A stretch of DNA of 64,000 nucleotides, taken from assembly GCA_040387855.1 (NCBI GenBank), contig JAZKCY010000001.1:25334-89333 (forward strand), read 5' to 3'. Position numbers and translations under genes: made by a program. The notes below the pieces were generated by a model. The model was given only the letters and a program-made list of their open reading frames with translations. It had not been told where the DNA came from and did no database searches. Shown piece by piece: positions 19,791 to 29,505 of the stretch (within the stretch, counting starts at the first letter, position 1; every line of letters begins with the position of its first letter). Source of the DNA: Patescibacteria group bacterium (GTDB taxonomy: Bacteria > Patescibacteriota > Minisyncoccia > Phycocordibacterales > JAKAEA01).

Positions 19791-21209
19791 TTATTTTACT
19801 ACAATCTTTAAGAATCTACGTTTACCTATTTTGTATACTCCGTCTTGTTCTATTTTTTGAAACGGATCAGACACTTGAGTATCCAGTATCATTTCCGTCA
19901 CAGCTCCTTCATCAAGTAGTCGTCGCCATTCAGTCTTAGATGCTATAATTTTTTCTGCGAGTAATACATCTACCAGCATTGTCCCCTTCTCCACCTCAGC
20001 TGATTCTACATTTTCTGGAATGCCACCTTTCTTAAATGTATTGTTGAAATTTTCTTCTGCTTTATCTGCCGCCAATTGTCCGTGATAGATAGCAACTATT
20101 TGTTTTGCTAATTTCATCTTAAGAATTTTTGGATTGAGATCTTTATCAGCAAGGTCTTTTTTTATATCTTCAAGTTCATCTGTTGGAGTAAATGTACAGA
20201 GCTCAAAGTAATTAAGAACAGATGTATCAGGAATAGACATTACTTTGCCATACATATCACTTGGTTCGTCTGTAATACCAATATAGTTATTAAGACTCTT
20301 AGACATCTTTTCTTTACCATCAAGTCCTTCAAGAAGTTTGAAAGAAAGTACTGCCTGAGGTTCTTGAGGCGGCATATTATTTTTCATTACAGTTCTACCC
20401 ATAAGCATATTGAAGGTTTGATCTGTTCCCCCTACTTCAAGATCACAGCTACCGTAAATTGCATGCAGCACTGATGAGTCAATTCCCTGAAGCACTGGGT
20501 ACATCATTTCATGCATGTATAGCTCTTCATTGTTTTTGATTCGCTGCTGAAACATGTCACGCTCAATAAGCTGAGAATGCGTTATTTTTCGGAGCGTCCA
20601 CAAAAGATTACGCATGGTAATGACAGACACATTTTCTCGCATCTTCAAATCAGTAATTTGCATTCGAGTACTTTCAAACACAGCAGCCTTACCTATAAAA
20701 CTATTACCATCTACTTCAATATGTTTCTGAGGATCGTTGTTGTCTGTAATAGATAATCGAGGATCATTTACTGTGAGATCTGTAATTGCTGTAAACCAAT
20801 CTGAGTTTCGAATCCATGAAAAAACACGTGCATCAGTAAGCAAAATAGAATCTATCTGATCTAGATATGTCTTCATATTTTCAACTACTGCCGCCTGATC
20901 AATTTCTGGACGAACTTTGCTTTTACCTGTTGGATCACCAATCTGAGCTGTATAATCACCAACCAAGAAAATCACCTTGCAGCCCAACTCCTGAAATTTT
21001 CGTAATTTTCGAAAAACCACAGCATGACCCAGGTGAATATCTGGACGTGTTGGGTCAACACCAAATTTAATAACAATAGGCTTTGTATATTCCCCTCGAG
21101 CCTTCTTTAGGAGTTTTTGCTTAAAACTTCCATCTGGGTCGATAAATTCACCCACTCCTCGCTTAAGCAGCTCATCAATTTCTAGTTCTAGATTTTTTAT
21201 ATCACTCAT
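19791..21209 (-). CDS. tyrS: Tyrosine--tRNA ligase
   Basis: FGVDPTRPDIHLGH (HIGH), IGDPTGK, YPVLQGID, GGTDQ, KMSKS, S4-like C-terminus; start set at MSDIK. Confidence 0.96.
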   Translation of the reverse strand: MSDIKNLELEIDELLKRGVGEFIDPDGSFKQKLLKKARGEYTKPIVIKFGVDPTRPDIHLGHAVVFRKLRKFQELGCKVIFLVGDYTAQIGDPTGKSKVRPEIDQAAVVENMKTYLDQIDSILLTDARVFSWIRNSDWFTAITDLTVNDPRLSITDNNDPQKHIEVDGNSFIGKAAVFESTRMQITDLKMRENVSVITMRNLLWTLRKITHSQLIERDMFQQRIKNNEELYMHEMMYPVLQGIDSSVLHAIYGSCDLEVGGTDQTFNMLMGRTVMKNNMPPQEPQAVLSFKLLEGLDGKEKMSKSLNNYIGITDEPSDMYGKVMSIPDTSVLNYFELCTFTPTDELEDIKKDLADKDLNPKILKMKLAKQIVAIYHGQLAADKAEENFNNTFKKGGIPENVESAEVEKGTMLVDVLLAEKIIASKTEWRRLLDEGAVTEMILDTQVSDPFQKIEQDGVYKIGKRRFLKIVVK

Positions 21210-21273
21210 ACCGCATAAATTTAGCATATTAAGGCCATTTTGTCTTATATATGTATGTGATAGGATTAACCTA

Positions 21274-23787
21274 ATGAAAAAAAGAGTAACGGGTTGGTTA
21301 TTGAGGAGAGATAGCTGGAAACAGCTTATTTTGCTTGCTGTAATAGTATTATTATTCATAAGTGGTGGTATTTTCTTGTGGGTCGCAACGCTTAAGATCC
21401 CCGATTTAGAGTCTTTTCAAGATAAAATCCTCTCTGGGTCAACTCGTCTCTATGACAAAACTGGTGAAATAGTTTTGTATGACCTCAATAAAGATGTACG
21501 CCAGCAAGTTGTTCCGTATGAAAACATCTCTCCTTACATTAAAAATGCAACTATAGCTATTGAAGATAGTGAATTTTATGTTCACAAAGGTGTTCGACCA
21601 ATGGCATTTCTTCGAGCAGTTATTGTGAACCTTCAATCTGGAGAGTTCAAACAAGGAGGATCAACTATTACACAGCAGGTTATTAAGAACGCTCTCCTTA
21701 CCTCAGACAAACGAATCTCTCGTAAAATAAAAGAATGGGTTCTTGCTCTTAAGCTTGAGCGTATCATGACAAAAGATCAAATCTTGAATTTGTATCTTAA
21801 TGGCTCACCATACGGAGGAAATGCCTACGGTGTAGAAGAAGCAAGTAAGCGTTTCTTTAACAAATCAGCTAAAGATCTTACGCTTGCTGAATCAGCATAT
21901 CTTGCAGCAATTCCTCAAGCTCCAAGCACCTATTCTCCTTTTGGAAAACATGTTGATAAACTAGAAACTCGAAAAAATGTTGTTCTTCAACGAATGAAAG
22001 AACTCAACTTCATTTCTGAAGCCGAGTATGAAACTGCTCGAGCAGAAAAAGTAACCTTTACTAAGCAAGATATAAATAGCATCAAAGCACCTCACTTCTC
22101 GATGTTTATTAAAGAATATCTCATAGAGAAATATGGTGAAGATGTAGTAAATACTGGTGGTCTTAAGGTAATTACAACGCTTGATTATAAGCTCCAAGAA
22201 AAAGCTGAAGCTATAGTTAAAGAGAATGCATTAAAAAATACTAAAAATTTTAATGCAACAAATGCAGGAATGATTGCTATTGATCCTGCAACAGGACAAC
22301 TGCTTGTCATGGTAGGTTCACGTGATTACTTCGACAAAGAAATTGATGGTAACTTCAACATTACAACGGCACACCGACAGCCAGGTTCTTCATTTAAGCC
22401 ATTTGCCTACGTAACAGCATTTACTAAAGGATATACGCCTGAAACAGTACTCTTTGATGTACCTACGCAGTTTTCAACAAATTGTGATGCATATGGAAAC
22501 CCAACATCTCCTGGAATTCAAAAAGATAGTTGTTACATGCCAAATAACTATGACTTAAACTTTAGAGGTCCAATGAGTCTAAGAAACGCCTTAGCACAAT
22601 CAATCAACATCCCAGCGATTAAAACTCTGTATCTAGCAGGAATGAAAGATACTCTTCAAACAGCTCGAGATTTGGGAATCACAAGTTTAAGTAATGTAAA
22701 TCAATATGGACTTACACTTGTGCTTGGAGGTGGCGAAGCTTCCCCACTCGAGATGACAGGCGCATACGGTGTGTTTGCCAACAACGGAATGAGAAATCCA
22801 ACTACTGGAATTCTTAAAATCACCGATCGAGAAGGAAAAGTATTAGAAGAATTTAAGGCAGATCCAAAACAAGTAGTTCCAGAGCAATCAGTACTCTTAC
22901 TCAATGATGTATTGAGTGATAATGTGGCTCGACTTCCATTGAACGGCCCAGGCTCTGCAACTGACTTTGGTTCTCGCCAAGTAGCTCTCAAAACTGGTAC
23001 AACAAACGATACTCGTGATACATGGATCATTGGATATACACCTCAAATTGCAGTAGGAGCTTGGGCTGGAAACAATGACAACTCTGTAATGATTCGAAAA
23101 ACTTCAGGACTTATCATTGCTCCAATGTGGCGACAATTTATGAATGAGGCTTTGAAAGATCTTCCTGAAGTTGCCTTCAAAGAACCAGAACCTATTGATC
23201 CAAATCTCAAACCAATCCTTCGAGGATCATGGCAAGGAGGTCAGACATATACTGTTGATCGAACAACTGGACTACCGGCAACTGATGCAACACCTCCAGA
23301 AAATCGTGAAGAGAGATCAAGCGGAGGTGAGGTTCACACGATTCTTCACTACGTAGATAAAAATAATCCTACAGGTAATCCACCAGCAAACCCTGCAAGT
23401 GATTCACAGTATTATCTATGGGAAACTCCGGTACGAAACTGGGCAGAAAAAAATGGTGCTGCTTCCCCTAATCCACAACAAAATCAACAGCAGCCTCAAA
23501 ATGGTGCTCCCCTTGTGATAATTACAAGTCCAACTGCCAACGCAAGCTTCAATAAATCCGACCGAATGAATGCAGCTATTTCAACTCAAAGCCAAACTCC
23601 TCTCAAGCGAGCAGAGTTCTACATTAACGGAACGTATGTTGGAGTAAAAAACAGTGCACCATTCAACTTAGATATTGATCTGAGCCTCAGTCCTGCTTCA
23701 CAAGGAAGCAATAATCAACTTAAGGTTGTTGTCTTCGATCAAAACGAAGTAAAAAATGAAACAACTTTACAGTTCAGTATAAAATAA
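21274..23787 (+). CDS. Class A penicillin-binding protein (transglycosylase/transpeptidase) with C-terminal Ig-like domain
   Basis: IEDSEFYVHKG, GGSTITQQ, RKIKE, SSFK (SxxK), SIN, KTGT. Confidence 0.95.
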   Translation: MKKRVTGWLLRRDSWKQLILLAVIVLLFISGGIFLWVATLKIPDLESFQDKILSGSTRLYDKTGEIVLYDLNKDVRQQVVPYENISPYIKNATIAIEDSEFYVHKGVRPMAFLRAVIVNLQSGEFKQGGSTITQQVIKNALLTSDKRISRKIKEWVLALKLERIMTKDQILNLYLNGSPYGGNAYGVEEASKRFFNKSAKDLTLAESAYLAAIPQAPSTYSPFGKHVDKLETRKNVVLQRMKELNFISEAEYETARAEKVTFTKQDINSIKAPHFSMFIKEYLIEKYGEDVVNTGGLKVITTLDYKLQEKAEAIVKENALKNTKNFNATNAGMIAIDPATGQLLVMVGSRDYFDKEIDGNFNITTAHRQPGSSFKPFAYVTAFTKGYTPETVLFDVPTQFSTNCDAYGNPTSPGIQKDSCYMPNNYDLNFRGPMSLRNALAQSINIPAIKTLYLAGMKDTLQTARDLGITSLSNVNQYGLTLVLGGGEASPLEMTGAYGVFANNGMRNPTTGILKITDREGKVLEEFKADPKQVVPEQSVLLLNDVLSDNVARLPLNGPGSATDFGSRQVALKTGTTNDTRDTWIIGYTPQIAVGAWAGNNDNSVMIRKTSGLIIAPMWRQFMNEALKDLPEVAFKEPEPIDPNLKPILRGSWQGGQTYTVDRTTGLPATDATPPENREERSSGGEVHTILHYVDKNNPTGNPPANPASDSQYYLWETPVRNWAEKNGAASPNPQQNQQQPQNGAPLVIITSPTANASFNKSDRMNAAISTQSQTPLKRAEFYINGTYVGVKNSAPFNLDIDLSLSPASQGSNNQLKVVVFDQNEVKNETTLQFSIK

Positions 23788-23800
23788 ATCTTGAGTTTCA

Positions 23801-23842
23801 AAATAAAAACACCCTTGATCAAAAGTCAGGGTGTTTTTATTT
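23801..23842. terminator. Bidirectional terminator
   Basis: AAATAAAAACACCCTTGA...TCAGGGTGTTTTTATTT inverted repeat. Confidence 0.7.
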
Positions 23843-24098
23843 ATCGAATATCTCGAGGACAGTTCTCCCCCATGGTACGCTCTAGATCCTTCAAAATGGA
23901 TCGCTTACGCATGTAGAGTTCATTGCGGATACTTGGAGAGGCAGTGATGTATAAAATACTTTCCTTGAGGTTTATATCGCCTTCTTCTAACTGAATACGT
24001 GAGACATTATGTATTGAAGCGAGAATTGGTTTTTTAACAAGTGCCGGTGATTGAACAAGCTTAGCAAACTTTTCCAAAAGATGCTGGAGATTATTCAT
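23841..24098 (-). CDS. DciA/DUF721-like helicase loader candidate
   Basis: ILYITASPSIRNELYMRKRSIL resembles the DciA KH-like core; lies downstream of dnaN. Confidence 0.55.
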   Translation of the reverse strand: MNNLQHLLEKFAKLVQSPALVKKPILASIHNVSRIQLEEGDINLKESILYITASPSIRNELYMRKRSILKDLERTMGENCPRDIR

Positions 24099-24150
24099 GG
24101 TATCTCTAGTATACCTCATGTATATTCCCTTCAACATAGATGTGTGTGGA

Positions 24151-25248
24151 TTATTTGTTAATCGGCATGACGAGATATAAGAAAGAACGTTCGTTAACGC
24201 CTCTTATTACAAGTGGTCTGTTTAAACCGTTAAATTCCAAGGCAACTGAATCTGAATCTACAGACTGGAAGCAATCTACTACGTATTTGTAATTATAGTT
24301 TATCTCAAGATCGTCACCTTCACATACAGCTTCTAGTGCCGTGCTGTTTTCTCCAACATCAGCATTTCTCGTACTCAACATAAACTTCTTTTCTGAAGGA
24401 AGAATCTTAAAATTGAGTTTATTAAACTTATCAGAGAAAAGAGTAGCTATTTTTAAAGCTTTAATAAGATCTTGTTTTAATACAGTACAGACTGTTTTAT
24501 ATTCTTTTGGAATAATTTGTCGATAATCTGGAAATACACCATCTACAACTCGTGATGTTAAATACGTACCATCAAACTTAAATGAAATTTGGTTTTTTGT
24601 AAGAGCAACTTCAACATCTCCATGACATGCATCAAGAATTCTAATAATGTCATTGATACTTTTAACCGGAATTAGAAGCTGACCAATATCCTGAGCATTT
24701 TTCATTTTTACTTTCTTTTCCGCCAAACGGAAAGAATCGGTAGCAACGAACACTACCTGATCATCGTCAGAGTAGATATACACGCTTGAGAGCTCCGGTT
24801 TCATGCTCGAGGTAGCAGATGCATAGCTTACAGATTTGATGCCCTTCACGAGGTCGCGAGCGGCCAATAACAGTTTCTTATCCCCTTCGAGCATAGGAAT
24901 AGTAGGAAAGTCATCATGGTTAAGAGATTTAATAACAGTAGTGTTTGAATCAGTAGTTACTTTTACATTTCCTTCTATCACTTCAAGAGTAATAAGGTTA
25001 CTTGAGATATTTGATAGAAAATTTGAAATGATTGATCCAGGAATAGCTACTTTACCTTCTGTATAGACTTTTACAGGAATAGTGATTTCAATTCCAAGAT
25101 CCATATTTGTAGATCGAATAATAAGATCATGTTTTGTTGCTTCAAAGAGAATACAACTTAAAACCGGTAGGGTTAAATTTTTCCCTGTGATCTTATCTGC
25201 TTTGCTTATCGCATCAACCAATTTCTCTCGTGCTGCTTCGATCTTCAT
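24151..25248 (-). CDS. dnaN: DNA polymerase III beta clamp
   Basis: LPVLS, STNMDLGI, DDFP, VATDSFRL, SRVVDGVFPDY, YLVMP. Confidence 0.97.
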   Translation of the reverse strand: MKIEAAREKLVDAISKADKITGKNLTLPVLSCILFEATKHDLIIRSTNMDLGIEITIPVKVYTEGKVAIPGSIISNFLSNISSNLITLEVIEGNVKVTTDSNTTVIKSLNHDDFPTIPMLEGDKKLLLAARDLVKGIKSVSYASATSSMKPELSSVYIYSDDDQVVFVATDSFRLAEKKVKMKNAQDIGQLLIPVKSINDIIRILDACHGDVEVALTKNQISFKFDGTYLTSRVVDGVFPDYRQIIPKEYKTVCTVLKQDLIKALKIATLFSDKFNKLNFKILPSEKKFMLSTRNADVGENSTALEAVCEGDDLEINYNYKYVVDCFQSVDSDSVALEFNGLNRPLVIRGVNERSFLYLVMPINK

Positions 25249-25521
25249 ATATATTAATTATCTTTAATTAAAAGATTTATTACTACTATTAACCCTGTGG
25301 ATACTGTGTATAACTCTGGGGATAGCTGTGGGTAACGGTTTTTCTTCATTTGCATATCCCCTCACTTGTGGATATGCACTGTGGATTCCGGATAAGTTAT
25401 CCACCTGTTATTTTTTATCACCAATTCATCCTCATCTAGTTCACACGCTCTACACAATTTATATCCACTTTGTCCCCAGGTTTATCCACAGTTTTGTCCC
25501 CAGCTATTTCCCATGTGTTTT
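25249..25521. other. Replication origin oriC, dnaN-dnaA part: AT-rich unwinding element plus DnaA boxes
   Basis: AT-rich tract with trinucleotide TACTACTAT next to tandem boxes TGTGGATAC (25296) and TGTGTATAA (25305); several degenerate boxes; perfect TTATCCACA at 25482. Confidence 0.85.
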
Positions 25522-26868
25522 TTAGAACATTGATCTAATCTGCTTCAATTCCTGAGCTAAGATATGATTTGTCTTTAGCTCATTTTTAATCTTTTCACAT
25601 GAGTGAATAACTGTTGTATGGTCTCTTCCGCCCAACTTTTGGCCTATTGATGGATATGAAACATCAAATTCTTCTCGAAGAACATACATTATGAGCTGAC
25701 GAGGCCGAACTACTTCTTTTCGGCGTGTTTTCTCATAAATGCTCGCTTCCTCTATATTATAGAAGTCAGCAATGGTTTTAATTACATCCTTAACAGATAC
25801 CGCTTTTTTGGGTTTAGCGTTATTTTTAATGATATTTTTAACCTCATTTACATTAAGTTCCCTTCCCCGAAGCTGAGACTGCATAAGTACAGAATTTAAG
25901 GCACCTTCAAGCTCTCGAATGTTTCCATCTATAGTGGAAGCCAAATATTCGATAATATCAGGAGAAAGATCGACATTTTGAAGCTTTGCTTTTGCACGTA
26001 AAATTGCAGCACGTGATTCTTGATCTGGATGAGGTACATCAATAATCATTCCCGCTCCGAAGCGTGATTTTAAGCGCTCTTCTAGGTTTGGAATATAGTT
26101 TGGGTGCTTATCTGATGAGAAAATAATCTGCTTATTATCATCGTATAAGTTGTTAAATAAGTGGAATAATTCTTCTTGAGACTTTTCTTTGTTAGAGAAA
26201 AACTGAATATCATCCATGATAAGTACATCATATTTACGATATTTTTCTTTAAAGTTATTTATTTTGTTATTTTGAAGTGAATTTATGTAATCAAGTGAAA
26301 ATTTTTCCGATGTTACATAGAAAATCTTCTTAGATGTAGCCGTTTTTAAGTAATTTCCTATTGCTTGAATAAGATGAGTCTTTCCTCGACCTGTATCTCC
26401 ATATATAAAGAGTGGATTATACGTAATTCCAGGTTTCTTTATTACTGCCTGACTTGCAGCATAAGCAAGTTCATTAAATGGCCCTACTACGAATGATTCA
26501 AAGGTATAGCGAGGATTTAGATTATCATCTTTATTAATATAGAAATCATTGAGTGGGAGCTCAGAAGTAGGGTTTGTTGGGAGGGTGTTTCTTTGAGATT
26601 GCTGAATTTCTTGTCTCTTTGGTTCATCTTTTGAAACTACATATTCTAAACCTCGAATATCAGCATTGTTTCGAAGGCATTTCAAGATAAATTTATGAAA
26701 TTTATTATAGAGCCAATCTTTTACAAACACATTAGGAACGCTTAGATACACCATTCCATCATCAACTCTAGATATGTGTGTATCTTTAAACCACATATTG
26801 AAGTTAGCCTTAGAAACTTCAATTTCAATTTCAGCAAGTGCACTTTCCCATAATCTCTTGGTGTCCAT
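25522..26868 (-). CDS. dnaA: Chromosomal replication initiator DnaA
   Basis: LNPRYTFESFVVG, YNPLFIYG..G.GKTHL, DDIQF, RLKSRF, NIRELEGAL, GGRDHTTVIHS. Confidence 0.98.
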   Translation of the reverse strand: MDTKRLWESALAEIEIEVSKANFNMWFKDTHISRVDDGMVYLSVPNVFVKDWLYNKFHKFILKCLRNNADIRGLEYVVSKDEPKRQEIQQSQRNTLPTNPTSELPLNDFYINKDDNLNPRYTFESFVVGPFNELAYAASQAVIKKPGITYNPLFIYGDTGRGKTHLIQAIGNYLKTATSKKIFYVTSEKFSLDYINSLQNNKINNFKEKYRKYDVLIMDDIQFFSNKEKSQEELFHLFNNLYDDNKQIIFSSDKHPNYIPNLEERLKSRFGAGMIIDVPHPDQESRAAILRAKAKLQNVDLSPDIIEYLASTIDGNIRELEGALNSVLMQSQLRGRELNVNEVKNIIKNNAKPKKAVSVKDVIKTIADFYNIEEASIYEKTRRKEVVRPRQLIMYVLREEFDVSYPSIGQKLGGRDHTTVIHSCEKIKNELKTNHILAQELKQIRSMF

Positions 26869-26884
26869 AATATGTTTTAGGAAA

Positions 26885-26990
26885 ATTAGTGTGGACATAG
26901 TATATACCTCCAAGAATTTTTCGAGAACTTGTGCACAGTCTATAAGTATGTTGATAACTTGTGGATAAGTGAAAAACCCTTGATAACCAT
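26885..26990. promoter_or_regulatory. DnaA boxes upstream of dnaA (second part of a bipartite origin or autoregulation)
   Basis: TGTTGATAA at 26949 and perfect TGTGGATAA at 26960. Confidence 0.7.
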
Positions 26991-27026
26991 TTACAATTTC
27001 ACACTTTTATTCTATACTCCCCTATT

Positions 27027-27161
27027 ATGTCTCAAACATACCAACCTAAACGAAGTAAACGAGCAAAGACCCATGGGTTTCTCGTTCGCTCAGCATCACG
27101 AACTGGCCGAAATACTATCAAGCGACGACGAGCAAAAGGACGTCATAAATTGACCGTATAA
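27027..27161 (+). CDS. rpmH: 50S ribosomal protein L34 (missing from the ORF track)
   Basis: Manual translation [44 protein letters not shown]; canonical position between dnaA and rnpA. Confidence 0.97.
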   Translation: MSQTYQPKRSKRAKTHGFLVRSASRTGRNTIKRRRAKGRHKLTV

Positions 27162-27170
27162 ACATATTTT

Positions 27171-27512
27171 ATGCTTCCTCGAAACCGTAGGGTTTCAAAA
27201 AGCCTTTTCAATGAGGCAATGAAAGGTGGAAAAACCTTTCATTCACCTCATTTTCTACTCCGACTCAGTTCTGGAATGCCACAAGAACTGAGTCGTTGTG
27301 CTATAACGATATCTAAAAAAGTAGATACAAGAGCTACTGAACGTAATAGATTACGTAGAAAACTGTCTTCATATATAGAAGAGATCCTAGCTACCCTACC
27401 GTCTGGTTATATTGTCCTTATTTCCGTTAAAAAGGGGCTTACACGCTCTACTGTTGAAGAATGTGGTGCAGAGCTCGTTCAGTTGGTACATAGAGCTACA
27501 GGTAAGATTTAG
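27171..27512 (+). CDS. rnpA: Ribonuclease P protein component
   Basis: MLPRNRR, ISKKV..RATERNRLRR (RNR motif); synteny. Confidence 0.92.
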   Translation: MLPRNRRVSKSLFNEAMKGGKTFHSPHFLLRLSSGMPQELSRCAITISKKVDTRATERNRLRRKLSSYIEEILATLPSGYIVLISVKKGLTRSTVEECGAELVQLVHRATGKI

Positions 27513-27547
27513 GAGCTCTTTTTATTTACATTTGATACAATCAACTC

Positions 27548-28264
27548 ATGTTTAAAACACTTTTCTATATACCTATATACAATGCATTAGTTTTTATTAT
27601 TGATATTCTCCCAGGGCACAGTGCTGGTTGGGCTGTGGTTCTGCTTACTATACTAATCCGTTTTGTTCTCTATCCTCTTGCGAAAAAATCAATCAAAACT
27701 CAGATTTTGATGAAACGCATAGAGCCTGAAGCAAAGCGAATTCGAGAAAATGTTGCAGATAAGCAAGATCAAGCTCGACAGCTTATGAAGCTCTATAAAG
27801 ATAATGATATTAATCCATTTGCTGGATTATTCCTCCTTATTCTCCAGTTCCCTATTCTCATTGGTCTCTATAATGTGTTTCGAAGTGGTTTACCAAAAAT
27901 TGATGTAAGTATTTTGTACTCATTTGTTCAAGAACCTACAATAGTTGTGATGACGTTCTTAGGAACTGATCTACTTCAGCGAAGTTTTATTCTCGCCCTT
28001 ATAGCTGTTATTACTCAGTTTATTCAAATTAATCTTGCTCTCCCAAAACAGCCTCCAACTGCTCCTAACCCAAACAAAAAGCCATCATTTCAAGATGACT
28101 TTGCTAAGAGTATGAATACTCAAATGCGGTATATATTTCCTTTGATTATCTTCCCTATAGCCTATATTTCATCGGTAATCTCACTCTATTTCATAACTAG
28201 TAACATCTTTATGTCTATTCAAGAGGTATACATTCGTCGACGTCTAGAAAAAGGGATTAAATAA
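27548..28264 (+). CDS. yidC: Membrane protein insertase YidC (short form)
   Basis: GWAVVLLTILIRFVLYPL, MKLYKDNDINPF, LILQFPILIGLY, LYFITSN. Confidence 0.93.
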   Translation: MFKTLFYIPIYNALVFIIDILPGHSAGWAVVLLTILIRFVLYPLAKKSIKTQILMKRIEPEAKRIRENVADKQDQARQLMKLYKDNDINPFAGLFLLILQFPILIGLYNVFRSGLPKIDVSILYSFVQEPTIVVMTFLGTDLLQRSFILALIAVITQFIQINLALPKQPPTAPNPNKKPSFQDDFAKSMNTQMRYIFPLIIFPIAYISSVISLYFITSNIFMSIQEVYIRRRLEKGIK

Positions 28265-28272
28265 CTAGATTA

Positions 28273-29493
28273 CTAAACTTGAGGTTCATTTAGTGTACTT
28301 TGTGGAGTAATTCTTAGACTCCATAGTGAGAAATCTTTCTTGTTACCAAAGATAAAGAAGTTCCCATCAGGACTTATTGTGGGATTAATAACATCGATTG
28401 ATTGTTTATAGGTTGCTACCAATGAGCCTACGAGTTCTGGTGCTGTTCCGGGTATTATTTTATAAATAGCATCATTTGATGATGTGAATCCTAAATACCA
28501 TACATCAGGATATGCTCCATCAAAGAGAGATTCGGGTACTGCACAATAAAGTGTATCTGTTTGTACTGTTGACCATGTACATTTATCTGTAAGCGTATTT
28601 ACACCAGTATTAATTACCGTAGCATCTTTAAGAGACAGAATATTTAACGTGTTGTTACTATCTGAATATGCTAAATGAGTCGCTGTAGGATTCACAAGAA
28701 CGGTTAATCCTCTAATATCACCTAAGACCTTTTTAAATTCTTGTGTTTTTGGGTTTAAAAAGTACGCGAACCCATCATCGGTGGCTGAAGCATTGGTCGC
28801 CAACATAATAGTATTTGCTTCTGGCCAAGATACTATCCATTCGCTCACTGATGAGTCAAATATCTTTTTTGGGTTAGAACCGTCATATGCTGCAACTATC
28901 CCATCGGCTCCATCAGCAGTTTTTTGTATATAAAATATCTCTTTACCTGAAGGTGAGTACGCAACAGATCGAATATTTATTGGATACGAAGTAAACTGCG
29001 CTGTAGATGTGGCTGATGTAGAAAAGACATATCCTGATGTGTAAATGTCAGCATGTGCTTCATCAACATAACGTAACAATACATTCTTTCCTTGAGGATC
29101 CATTTGAGATTCATACACAGTAGGGACGGTTGTATTAACAACTTTTCTAAGCTCCCCTGTTCCAGGATATACATCACTAATATGTCCTGTTCCTCGCTCT
29201 GTATATCGTATGATGGTCGTGCTTGCAATGCTTACTGCTGCTCCACCTGCCACTGGTGCAGATGATACTTTCACAAGAATACTTGCTAAAAATGGATTTT
29301 GATTTGGTGTGGATGTTGTTGACTGATTTGGTGGAAGACTTGCAACTGGTCTGTCTCCTGAAATTGGAAAATCTGTCGTAATAACATCCGTAGAATCATT
29401 TTGATTTGATGAACGGAAAAATAAAAAATATGTAGCAATCCCAACTGCAAGTATAAAGAATATGATTCCTCCAATAAATAGTTTTTTTAACAT
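28273..29493 (-). CDS. Membrane-anchored beta-propeller-like protein (TolB/PD40-like)
   Basis: N-terminal TM; repeats SVAYSPSGKEIFY, VNPTATHLAYS, ISPDGNFFIF. Confidence 0.6.
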   Translation of the reverse strand: MLKKLFIGGIIFFILAVGIATYFLFFRSSNQNDSTDVITTDFPISGDRPVASLPPNQSTTSTPNQNPFLASILVKVSSAPVAGGAAVSIASTTIIRYTERGTGHISDVYPGTGELRKVVNTTVPTVYESQMDPQGKNVLLRYVDEAHADIYTSGYVFSTSATSTAQFTSYPINIRSVAYSPSGKEIFYIQKTADGADGIVAAYDGSNPKKIFDSSVSEWIVSWPEANTIMLATNASATDDGFAYFLNPKTQEFKKVLGDIRGLTVLVNPTATHLAYSDSNNTLNILSLKDATVINTGVNTLTDKCTWSTVQTDTLYCAVPESLFDGAYPDVWYLGFTSSNDAIYKIIPGTAPELVGSLVATYKQSIDVINPTISPDGNFFIFGNKKDFSLWSLRITPQSTLNEPQV

Positions 29494-29505
29494 GTTCGCA
29501 CTTTA

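Noticed and set aside
19741-23842. Shared AAATAAAAACACCC at two intergenic sites
   Set aside because: Both are arms of bidirectional terminators; A-rich similarity is expected
26929-27153. 74-aa ORF upstream of rnpA
   Set aside because: Wrong frame; the real gene is rpmH at 27027-27161
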